DNA of 64,000 bases, taken from positions 4,650,001 through 4,714,000 of the forward strand of contig CM007990.1 in the NCBI GenBank assembly GCA_002189035.1, written 5' to 3'. Source of the stretch: Utricularia gibba (lineage: Eukaryota; Plantae; Magnoliophyta). Positions 1 to 11,232 of the stretch are shown piece after piece. The translations under genes and the position numbers were made by a program. The stretch's first letter is position 1. Each line of letters starts with the position of its first letter. The notes under the pieces were generated by a model. That model saw nothing but the letters and a program-made list of their open reading frames with translations. It was not told where the DNA came from and did not search any database.

Positions 1-72
1 ATATCGACCATACAAAGACGAATCTCAGGAGTTAAAGTGAGAATACACCCTATGAGTGTTCATGAAATGCAG

Positions 73-1431
73 GTTCTATTTTGACTTCTCTGGCACTTAT
101 GTTGGTGTTGGGATGATTTGTCCTTATATGGTTAATGTCTCTTTGCTTATTGGCGCTGTACTCTCATGGGGCGTCTTATGGCCGATTATCGAGTCTAAGA
201 GAGGCATCTGGTACAGTGCTGAACTACCTGAAAGCAGCCTCCATGGAGTCCAAGGATACAGGGTAATAAAATACATGGTTCATGCTGACTGATCCTTTTT
301 ACATATAACCTGAACATTTGCAACTGTCAACAGATTTTCCTTGCTATTGCATTGATGCTTGGAGATGGTATCTTTCACGTGGTTCATATGGTAATCATGT
401 CAGTAATCAGCTTCATCAAAAAGAATTCAGAGAAGGAGCTGCTAAATGAGAGCACTGAGGGGGAGATTACAGACTATGATGAGAACAAGAGACTTGAATT
501 CTTCTTGAAAGATCAGATCCCAAATAGTGTTGCCATAGCTGGTTACGTTTGTTTGGCAGCAATATCCATTGGAGTTGTTCCCCTTATCTTCCCACAGATC
601 AAGTGGTACAACATCCTCGTCGCCTACCTCATTGCCCCCATTCTTGCCTTCTGCAATGCCTACGGCTGCGGCCTCACAGACTGGTCCTTAGCTTCCAACT
701 ACGGCAAAATCGCCATCCTGGTTTTCAGCTCTTGGGTCGGCATGGAACACGGCGGAGTCATCGCCGGCCTCGTTGCCTGCGGCGTGATGATGAACATCGT
801 TTCAACAGCTTCTGATCTAATGCAGGACTTCAAAACAGGCTACCTCACACTCTCCTCACCTCGCTCCATGTTCTTCAGCCAGCTCCTCGGCACTGCAATG
901 GGCTGCATCCTGTCACCCCTCGTCTTCTGGTTCTTCTACAAGGCGTACAGAATCGGAGACCCCCAAGGCCCCTACCCAGCCCCATACGCAATGATGTACC
1001 GCGGCATTGCACTCCTTGGCGTTGAAGGCTTCTCTTCACTCCCCAAAAACTGTTTAACACTGGTGGTCTCCTTCTTTCTGCTTGCCATTCTGATCAACCT
1101 GGCGATCCTCCTGTTGAAGAAGTATGAATCCCAGTACAGGATCTACAGGTTCATCCCAATCCCAATGTGCATGGCGATTCCATTCTACCTGGGAGGGTAC
1201 TTTGCAATCGACATGTGTGTTGGGAGCCTCGTACTGTTCGTCTGGGAAAGGAGCAACAGGAAACAAGCGAAAGAGCTGGGGCCGGCTGTCGCTTCTGGGC
1301 TCATCTGTGGAGACTCTCTGTGGGGAATCCCTGCTGCTGTATTAGCTCTGTGTGGCGTCAATGCTCCGATCTGCATGAAGTTTCTCTCGGCCTCACAGAA
1401 CGTGAAAGTCGATGGCTTTCTTGGAGGCTGA
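73..1431 (+). CDS. YSL: Yellow Stripe-Like (OPT family) metal-nicotianamine transporter, 3' part only; visible exons 73-262 and 334-1431
   Basis: YSL motifs [53 protein letters not shown] and [18 protein letters not shown] intron 263-333 keeps the frame. The 5' exons lie outside the window. Confidence 0.96.
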
Positions 1432-1749
1432 ATCAATAGCTTCGGCACTTCACTCTCCCTTCTCCTCTGCTAACAAGCTGTATATATTCCACATATATTT
1501 ATCAATTTTTTTATATTATTTATTAATTTAGTATTTTATAGTTTTGTTTTTTGGATTAATTTTTTTTTATCTTTATTAGAGAAGGAATATTATCCTTTTT
1601 TAATTATTTTGTTAAATATTAATTATTATGGACAAATATGAGTTTTTGGTGAAATTAGATTCTGATATTTAATGTTTTAATATTATTTTTACATAATGAT
1701 AAAATTAATTCTCTGTGTTTCAACATAATGTCAGAATACATATAAAATA

Positions 1750-2100
1750 TAAAATTTTGAATAATGATGCCTAATATGTCAAAATTTGTGGATTAATTAT
1801 GTATGATATACGAAACTTTGGAGACCAATTTTATCAACGGAAAAAATTACATCATTTTTATTAAAATTTTTGAATTTATATATCAACGAATATATATGTG
1901 TATTTATTTATTGCGGTGGGGGGTCACAAACTTGGATGCAAATTGCAATTTTATATAACTATAGGACATTTCTGCCGATTTTGTAAACTTGGGGACTGCT
2001 GGACATTTGCGTAGAATTTGGGGTTATGTATGTAAATAGTTTAAATGTAGGGCCACAGTTTAGCATACGTTGATAATTTTGTGGTCATTTGTGAATATTA
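1750..2100. mobile_element. Degenerate MITE-like remnant with ~29-30 bp periodic subrepeats
   Basis: Related units start at about 1928, 1957, 1985, 2013, 2043 and 2073 (AAACTTGGATGC, AACTATAGGAC, AAACTTGGGGAC, AGAATTTGGGG, AAATGTAGGG, ATAATTTTGTGG), with more at about 1751, 1781 and 1813. No clean TIR pair or TSD was found. Confidence 0.35.
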
Positions 2101-2190
2101 TTGAGTTTGAGATCCGGTCGCTTATATATATGAATTGGTGAAAATATGCGTTCGATCAGGCGGGGGGGAGTGGGAAGTTGGGGCTTTGAA

Positions 2191-3799
2191 ATGGCGGCTT
2201 CTTCAAAGAACCTGTTGGATTTCTTCCAGCAGCCCCGGTGAAGCGCCTGAAAGTTTCATCAACCATTCAATCGCTTTCCTCGCAGAGCGGTGTAGATCCC
2301 GCTTCATTGTCCACAACTGCTATTTCACCGGAGAAGAAAATGAGAATGGAATACAACAAAGCCCTAGCCGTATCTAAACGAAATCTCAGGCTGTGCGAGG
2401 GAAAGGTTTCCAGGGCGGTCGCGACAGGTTGGATGATGGATAAATCCCGCAGATTTGTAATGATTGCAATTTTATGTTACGTCTTTGAAACACCATGTTG
2501 TTGTGTTAAACCTGTAGGAGTTGGCTATGTTAAGTTGGAGGAGCTACTGGTGGAGAAGACATGGTTGGAAGCACTACCTGGAGAGTTCCAAAAGCCTTAT
2601 GCTACTAAATTGTGTGAATTTTTGGAGGGTGAAATCCTCCGTGGCCATGTTCCCATTTACCCTCCTCAGCATTTAATCTTTAGTGCACTCAATACCACTC
2701 CATTTGACCGAGTTAAGGTTGTCATCATCGGCCAGGTATATTTATGTTGCTTTTTTTTTTGTCATGGATGAAGGCGAATTTCACTGAGATATTGTTTGCG
2801 TTCCTTAGTCCAGCTTTTTTAGTGAGTTTTGGATGTAATTCAGGATCCATACCATGGACCTGGCCAAGCAATGGGACTCTCTTTCTCTGTTCCAGATGGT
2901 GTGAAAATTCCCTCTAGTCTTGTAAACATATATAAAGAACTGCAACAAGATCTGGGATGCTCAATTCCTACCAATGGGAATTTGGAGAAATGGGCCGTGC
3001 AAGTGAGTTTTTCTACTCCTTGCAATCCTAGACATGAATATGAGATTTTTGGGTGTTGAAATTAAGAAAAGGCGGTTTTTTTCGTGTTTCTACAACACGG
3101 GCAGGGATTTCCCTGAAGAAACAACTAACCATTTCATAAAAGATTGTCCTGATTCATAAGTGTGCGTTCTGTTTTTGTTTCCAGGGTGTCCTGCTGCTTA
3201 ATGCCGTTCTTTCTGGTATGTTGTGTTCATTACGATATTGTACCTCACATTAAAGTTTGGCTTCCTCGGAGTAGCTAACATATCCCTGTGTAATTAGTGC
3301 AGTTAGGCAACATCAAGCCAATTCTCATGCCAAAAGTGGCTGGGAGCAGTTTACTGATGCTGTGATATCAACAATATCTCGAAAAAGTAGAGGTGTTGTT
3401 TTTCTTCTTTGGGGAAATTACGCGCAAGCCAAATCTAGGCAAGTCCACATTTCATCTTTTGATGTGGCATTTGGCTGGAGAATGTATCTATGTACACTTG
3501 TATAGATACATGATACCCATTTTTTTCTAAAATCAAATGGCTGACAGGTTGATCGATGAATCAAAGCATCATGTTCTCAAATCTGCACATCCGTCCGGTT
3601 TGTCCGCAAACAGAGGTTTTTTTGGATGCAGGTCGGCTTGGCTCTTATCTATGATTTGACCATCTTCTCGTGTACTCTTACCAATCCAGCCATCATAGAC
3701 GAGTGCTCGTAACGTCATTTCTCATTCTACAGGCATTTCTCTCGGACTAATCAAATTCTGGAGAAAATGGGAGTTCCTCCGATAGATTGGCAGCTGTAG
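2191..3799 (+). CDS. UNG: Uracil-DNA glycosylase family 1; exons 2191-2427, 2518-2735, 2844-3002, 3185-3215, 3303-3438, 3548-3631, 3733-3799
   Basis: Catalytic motifs [35 protein letters not shown] and [20 protein letters not shown]. Apparent 1-nt deletion in the C run 2233-2236. GC-AG intron 3439-3547. Confidence 0.96.
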
Positions 3800-4345
3800 T
3801 GCTGCAGTGCTCCCCGAAGAACCTGGCCCCATTTTGTAAACTGGCAAACTCAACCTCCTTAGAGGCATGATGCCAACTTGCGTAAGCATTTATCTTCGAC
3901 GCATTCAATCGTCGAGTTTTTGTTCACTAATATTCAGTAGCTATTTCCTGCCCTGAAATTAGTGAAGAAAATATACCCCCAGCCAGAAAATGTATTGTTC
4001 CTCCTGGTGTGCTCGTATTGTCTTTTTGTAAGGGTGATACAGTGCAAGAAAAACGGGAAAGACGCCTCCTTTCATCTACATGGTGGTGGCTTTTGCTGCA
4101 TAATACGAGCCATTTTTGTGTAATTGGAGTTGCTTTTCTTTGAATCTTGTGATCTTGGAAAGAACATAAGCAAGGCATGGTCTTGTCCAGCATATAATCT
4201 CCGGTCACTTACCAGAAGATGCATCGTAAAAAAGCAGACTTTTAAGGGGGTTTTCTGGCGGTGGGCCACCGGGGAATGAGCCTCCATCCCTATTATACGA
4301 CCCACGCCGTTGTTGCTCACGAAGCTAGCCTATTTATGCTGCGAG

Positions 4346-7064
4346 ATGTTGATATATCGCGATCGGGGTCAGGGGAAAGCGGTGCTTCACTCCGCCACGG
4401 CTAGGTCTCCGCAAAACCAGAATCACTGCCACAGTCAGCCGTCGACGTCTCCAATTTCGCCGGATACTCCGAGGAAAATCCGTCTTTCCGATATTTTACC
4501 CTACGATGGAGCCCCTCAGGACCATTACAAGAGGGCTCTTGACGCCTTGTCCACCTCCCTCATGCGTCACAACGCCGCCGTCATTGAGCTTGGGTCCGAT
4601 GAGACTGCTTTGCTCAGGTGCGCCCTGGAGTCGGCGCGACTTTTTTTCCGCGTCAGGAAGTGTGGCGGCGGGTCTTATGTGTACAGAGCAGGAAGGTAAA
4701 TTTCGTTTATTCACAAATGGGGTAGTCCATTGGTCGTACCTGTGCACATGGAAATCACTCTTCTAGAATTCTGATGTCAAGAAGCTTTGATAGGATCGCA
4801 AACTTTCAGTTGAGCCAAGTGTTCGAAATTGCTTTTCTTTTTTTTTTTTTCCTGAAGAGGCATCTTTTGAGTAGGCCTCCTGAAGATGATGATTCTTCTC
4901 CTCCATGCATGGAAGACGTATTCAGATGCATGGGAAGGGCAGCTCGTGCTGCTCTGTGCGCAATAGCGCGCCAACTACGTTTGTGTAGCAAGTACAAATT
5001 TCATCCTATCTATCCTGTGACTTGCCACAGGTCAACTTTATTACCCGTAAATGATATCTTTGACGATACATGCTATTTGCAGTGTCTTCAACCACTTGCT
5101 TGATGATAGCCCATTGCCAACAAATGAAGTGTCTTCTTCACTTCTGGTAGCTGCGCTCAGTTCAGCGTCCTTGGAGCCCTTGAGTGGACCATCAGCCGTT
5201 GGGAGACCTTTCTTGAGTTCCGATGCAGAGAAGGGCTTGTTAATGCTTGTTTCCGCTGATTGCCCGGGTATTCAGGCATGGTGTAATTTGCAGATGTTTT
5301 TTCAACTTCTTCCCAATTTCATGCTGTCATTATCTAGATCTCCTGTAGTTTATTTAAAAATTCCTTGTTCAATTAGGTGTCTGATGCCAATGGTCGATGG
5401 TACCAAGCAGATAGCGGTTTGGGACCTGGAGAACTCTTGTTGCTTACAGGGATGTCACTGAGCCATGTAACTGCTGGGCTTCAGCCAGCTACTTCATATC
5501 GAACGACAATGGATGGTTTTTTTGTTCCTGCCAGAGGAAGGTAAAGGCTTTCTGGAAGATAATTTGCATTATGGTAGTTTTTAATCGAGATTATGACTTT
5601 CTTGTTCTAGGGCCTCACTGGCTTTCAGGCTTATGCCACATGGCAATGCCATACTGGATTGCACTGCAATTGCTGCAGCTGGGCATGTGATTCCGCAGAG
5701 CTATGTGCCAATCTCCGCAAACCAGTTTATAGATGCTGTTTCACATGAAAACGCTGGGGTTTTTGTGCATTCTGATGATGCTAGTGTAAGTTCTTATCTC
5801 TCTTATTTTGAAAGCATAATGTGGCTGCAGTAGTTGACGTGGTCTACTCTTGATCTGCATTATCAGGTTCCACCGGTTGATCATCTAAATAGTGAACCAT
5901 CACTTAGAAGGGTTCTATCTGACCCTCTATCGTAAGTCATTCTTAAAAAAGTTTTTGTTTTTCTCTCATGCTGAAGGTTGTTGCTGTTTTAGTTAAAGGT
6001 CTAGTATCATAGAACTCTTCACTTTTTAGTGTGTTTTCTTCACTGTTGTATCTGCGGTTGGTTGCATCTTCAACCTTTTAGTATCCAATCTGCTTTACTT
6101 TTAGTTTTATATGTACTAACTTCTAAATGTTGTGAACTTGAGGCTTTTGTAGTGGTGCATATCTTGAGGATGCGATGCAAGTTTCTTGTGGCCATTCATT
6201 TGGTGGATGCTTGCTGAGGAAGGTTGTTGAAACGGTAAGTAGAGTAAGTAATTAGAGTTTTATCCTGGTGATACGTATGCTCATTTTCTGTTCAACAGGC
6301 CAAATGTGTACTCTGCAACTCTGAAATCGACGCTGACTCATTGATCCCTAATCATGGTATTTCCAAGCGTGAACTAAAACTGGCTGGGTGTGCAACAGAA
6401 TAGTCATTGTGTTCTCTCATGATAATCATTCTCCTTGTGACCTGTATTTTTTACAGCATTGAGAGCTGCGGCTATGGCGGTGAGGCAAGAAGATGAGCGC
6501 AGGTTATTTCATAATGCTGCACTAAGGAAACGCAGGAAGGAAGCTAATGAACATAGGGTAAAATTCCGTGCTCTTACTAAGTTGGCGTATATATGCTTCC
6601 TGTGCTGAGCATCTACACCAACAATTCTACTCTTCAGGAAAATGGTGATGCTAACCTAGAAAGCCAGTCACATAGAGCACAATATCCTTTCTCGGTAAAC
6701 GAGAAGGTTGTCATCAAGGTAGATTGGCCCCTTTTCTTGTATTTCCTGCTGCAGCCATCCTGATGAGGCCATTGTATTCAGGGAAACAAGAGAACGCCTG
6801 ATAAACTTGTTGGAAAGGAAGCAGTGGTCACCACACAATGTCTGAATGGCTGGTTAGTCTATGAGCACGTAAACATACACAATGTCAAAATCCCTGCCTC
6901 CTTGAAACTCAAAAACAGTTCCTGTTTTTCCCCTCAGGTATTTGCTTAAGATACTCGAGAGTGGCGAAAGTGTCCGCTTACAGTATCGATCTCTGAGGAA
7001 GGTTCAAACTTCGGATGACTCTGGGGAAAGATGCGCAACACAACCTGTTGAAAACAACAGTTGA
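4346..7064 (+). CDS. Multi-exon plant 2OG-Fe(II) oxygenase-fold protein with a small C-terminal beta-rich domain; start codon uncertain
   Basis: Spliced frame gives IRLSDILPYDGAP...LMRHNAAVIELG, DAEKGLLMLVSADCPGIQ|VSDANGRWY...GELLLLTG, RASLAFRLMP and C-terminal GNKRTPDKLVGKEAVVTTQCLNGWYLLKILESGESVRLQYRSL. Stop TGA at 7062-7064. Confidence 0.8.
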
Positions 7065-7387
7065 TACACCCCACAGCTAATCTAACAGTCAACTACTAAC
7101 AAATGTCCTGTGTACTCTGCTGCTGGTAGGAAGTTATCTCACCCCTTAGCTTCGTATTGTTAGCTTAGGCTATGGGGCACTGAAAGGTAGGGAACATGGG
7201 GAACAGTCCGCTGTATGGGAACACACCGATGAGGAGCACGGAAACGATGCTATTTATGTACAAATGAAGCTTCAATTAGTGAACTGTTATTTTGCTTCTT
7301 CACTGTAGGATTCTTCAAGTTCAGCAGATGGGTTTTCAGTATAAAGCATGAAGAGATGAGTTCAAAATGTTGGTGATGAGACACAAG

Positions 7388-10300
7388 TTACAGAAGCTCT
7401 CGCCCCAAAAACAATGCCTCTAAGTAGTCATCAACGTAAGCTAAGCAAGGCCAATGATCAGTTCTAATCCTCACCAGGGTTGAAGACTCACGCACCTCCA
7501 TTTGGAAGAGAAGATGAAATCTCGGAGGAAGAAAGATCAGGACATTGAGGTAGCCCAGATTCTTGGCACTACTCCTCACCGGAGCTTCTGCCTCCTCATC
7601 CTCACCAAAGTATTTGAGATAAAGTGGCGCCTTGGAACCAGTTGGTGACGAAGTTATATCCAGAGAAGGGTCATAGCCTTTCCAGACGGTATACTTGATC
7701 ACTTCACGGCTTTTCACCATATCGACAAGTGCTTCACCAATCACACACACAACGAAAGGCGCCAGGTGACGCTCGATGGCTTGAATGGCGGAAGAAGGGG
7801 GGATTTCGATCAGTTTCACAGACCGTGTGCCATTTATTGCAGCAACTCCCTTGCCTCCTTTCAAGAGGAATGCGTCTCTACCAGTGCTTGATGATGCCTC
7901 ACAAGCCTCCCATAATGCATTAAAAAGGTGCATATAGTAATCACAGGCAGCATCACCTTGCTGGATGTCATCTGGAGGTAATGCTCTAAGGAACATGTCC
8001 TCAATACCCACAGAGATGCTTTGCAGCTGCCCTTGGATTATTTGGCCGTTGTCGGCATTAGAATCGATCCAGACGTCAACCATACCTGGTATAGGTTCTC
8101 TTGGCTCTAATTCAATGCAGACTGGAGAGATGAACTTTTGTTTTTCTGGATGACTACTCTCTGCAGGGACGATTGCAAGAGAATCCTCTGGGCTCAAGGA
8201 TACTCCTGTTCGAGATGGAGTACCAAGGAGGAAGGGAATATGGAATGATGGAATGGATCCATATGGTGCAGCCGAAGTGAATCTCAGAACAATAGCGTAT
8301 AATGCTTGTAGTTTGTCCACTTCATCCAACACTTGAGGCCCGGTATCGCCTTCTTGTGTGACTGTGAATATCTCTGAAGCAAATCTCAATCCACATCTTA
8401 TATAGATCTTCAGTCCTGGCATATGCCTATAATCAGGGATGCAAGCAAAATGTCTTCTTAGAACCCTGACAGTCTCAGAAAGCTTGGCATCCATCACTCG
8501 GAAAGGCCCTTTTTCTGGATGATGCAATCCAGATTCCAACACAACTTGGCTTGAGCTCATATCAGAAACCCCTTCCTCGTTTGCCGGCTCGGCATCCTTA
8601 ATGCCTTCAAAATATTCAGATTTTCTGGTACCATTGCCAAAATTTAGAAGAGAAAGAGACCACGACTGCTTTATCAATAAGGGTGTCACCCGCTCAATAT
8701 GAATAAGAGAGGAAATACTCCCAAGCCTCTTGGGATTGCTAAAAGACTGAGGATTGAAAGGTGAACCAGAATAGATTGAAGGCGACACACCAGGTAAGGC
8801 TTCCCCTTTGTTCAGTATGCTTTTCAGCTTCTTCCCTGGAATACATGTAAGCATACGCAGGTAAAACCTGCAATGTTCACAATTTATCAGAAAACACGAA
8901 GTGAAATTGATGCTACTGCTTTATAATATATCACTATGCGTTTATCAGTGGGTTAGATAGGTGAAAGAAAATTTCCAGGCTTACCTAGCCCTGTCTCGAA
9001 TCTCCAAATCAGGGAAGTATAGACAAACAGAAGCAAGAAGCCGGGATAAGCTACTAAACAGGCTAGAGCTGTGGCGATATTTCAGCAAGGAGCGACAAAT
9101 GCTGAGAATTTTGCTGCCATGCCGCCAGGATTTTAGTTCTGTTCCAGGGCCATGTCTCTTTACAAGGAAAAGCATGTAGTTCACGAGTACTTTTAACAGC
9201 CCATTAGGCGGAACCTTATCATTTTGGGAGATTCTCTCAAATATAAGGAAGTAAGAGCCTAGGCTGTAGTCTTGTTTGAGTTTGGGAAGCAGATTCATAT
9301 CAAGTGTTTCAAGAAGATGTTCTCCTAACCAGCAGTGTTTGCCGCATTCCAGCAGCCGGTCAATGCTCATAACAACAACAGGAACCAGCCCTGGACACTC
9401 TGCCATCAAGTTGACCAGTATTTCCTGCACATTGAAAGGCGAATGTGCGTCAACAATTTGATTAGTAAACCAGATGCTTCTTTAAGTCCGAAACCAAAGT
9501 TCAGCAGCCAAAAGGAGAAATCATCGAACCAGGACTATACATATACCTTTAAGTTGTGGAAAAAACTGGACTCAGTCACTTTGAATCCCAGATAATTGGT
9601 GGCATCAGTATGAGGGGATCCAACAATCAAAAACTTATGGAATGCACGGAATGCCACAGCAGCTTCTGAACTCCATGGTGGCAGATGTTTCAAAGCTGAT
9701 ACGGACAAAAGGCTTTCAGCAAATAGATTAACTTGACATCCCTCTTTATCCACTTTCAAATCCTTTGTTGAATCTGCATACCCAGGACTGCACAGCAAAC
9801 CAGAGCAATAAGCCAGTGCATCAAGCTTCAGGGCTTTCAGAGCTAGTGGATCATAAATTTCTGGGTAAAATTTTAAGCTCATGTCAACAATACCTCTCTT
9901 TGTTGCCTCGTCTTTACCTACTATCAAACCAAAGAAGCCCAATAACCAATGAAGTCCCAACAATCTATACACCAAGTGATGTTGGGTTTCTTTGGATAAC
10001 AGCAGTAACCGCGGAGCTACCTCAAATTCTTGTCCCTCAAAGGATCCTGAAAACTTTTGGTAAAGCACCAAAAATGCATGGTAAAGCAGTGGCTCGGTGG
10101 TGTACAGAAGCCATGAAAACTGCACTTTCAACAGAGAAGCCTGAAGTTCCAGTTCTTCAGCTATAGGAATAAGAGCAACAATAAACTCCAGCAATCCGAA
10201 TGGAGTTAAATACTGAGGGAAATCAAGTAGAAATGCAACCACTCGCCTTAACTCTTTGAAACTCGATTCTTTTTCCTTCCAAGAAAATTTCTCGCCAGTC

Positions 10301-11001
10301 CCATCAACCAAAAACGATGGGAAATTGAAGGGTATCAGAGGGACAGCGGCATTGGTAACAGATGAAACCATGGCATCACTGGGTTTCATTTTGACAACAT
10401 TGCTTACAGCTGTCAGCAACAAGAGAACATACCATTGGGAAACATGGGTACGCTCGCTTTGGCACAAAGACCACAAATGGGGAGTGATTTCTGAAAGCAA
10501 ACAAGGGAAGGCCAACTCCAACTGCCGCAAGCATTCACAAGCTGTGCCTCGCGTCTGACGATCAACACCATGATTGGGGCGATTGATGATAGTCAGCAAA
10601 AGCTCGACTAGAGAGCATAAAGGGCTGCAAGCGCTCAACTCCTCATTATCCAAAAGAGAAGTAATGAAGATGGAAGTGCTGGAGATCAGAAACTGATCTT
10701 TCAGAGGAAAAGGGTCATTGGGTGATTGAATCACCCCGCGAAGGGCATCTACGAGGCGGGTCAAGGATGATGTCGACGGCGAGAATTCGTCCAGAGAGTA
10801 CTGCTCGAGGAACGTTAGCAGGTGAAGCTTCAATTGAAGAGATAAATCTTTACGCGGAAGGGAAGAAATGCAGAGATCGAACACGGAACATCCTTCTGTC
10901 CAACGGTGGATTCGAGTGGCACCGCCTAGATTATACTCATCAATAAGCGTCTCCCACTCCGCCGGTGAGAGGGATCTCGGCGGCGCTCCGGTTCCGGCCA
11001 T
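7388..11001 (-). CDS. AP5B1: AP-5 adaptor complex subunit beta-1; exons 11001-9547, 9424-8985, 8867-7388
   Basis: Three long ORFs join in frame through GT-AG introns. Plant AP5B1-type motifs RQTRGTACECLRQLE, PDLEIRDRARFYLRML and IRTDHWPCLAYVDDYLEALF. Confidence 0.9.
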
Positions 11002-11232
11002 CCGCCGACTAACAGTCGATAGCAGATGTGAGACCAAACCGCATATAAGGGCCGGGCCGGGGGTTCAGTTTTAAGGAATATTGGGGACTGGACTGAACTA
11101 ATTTAATTTTCCCACCTAAACTGGTTAGGGCAAAAAGTTGGAAGAAGCACAGACGCAAGCAATCCTCCTGATTTATCTACTTACCGATTGCGGAAATGAA
11201 GTTGTAGGCTTGGAGAGAATGGATGCCCTGTG
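11002..11232. promoter_or_regulatory. Very short putative bidirectional promoter between AP5B1 and MBD4L
   Basis: Divergent ATGs are 232 bp apart, or 517 bp if MBD4L starts at 11518. Contains TATAA and repeated GGGCC (site II-like) at about 11044-11060. Confidence 0.45.

Noticed and set aside
3927-4320. Possible spliced antisense small gene (ATG 4287, GTAAGT donor near 4212, 59-nt intron)
   Set aside because: No recognisable product, the intron is very short, and the ATG is only 59 bp from the divergent 2OG-like start. It is most likely that gene's promoter or 5'UTR.
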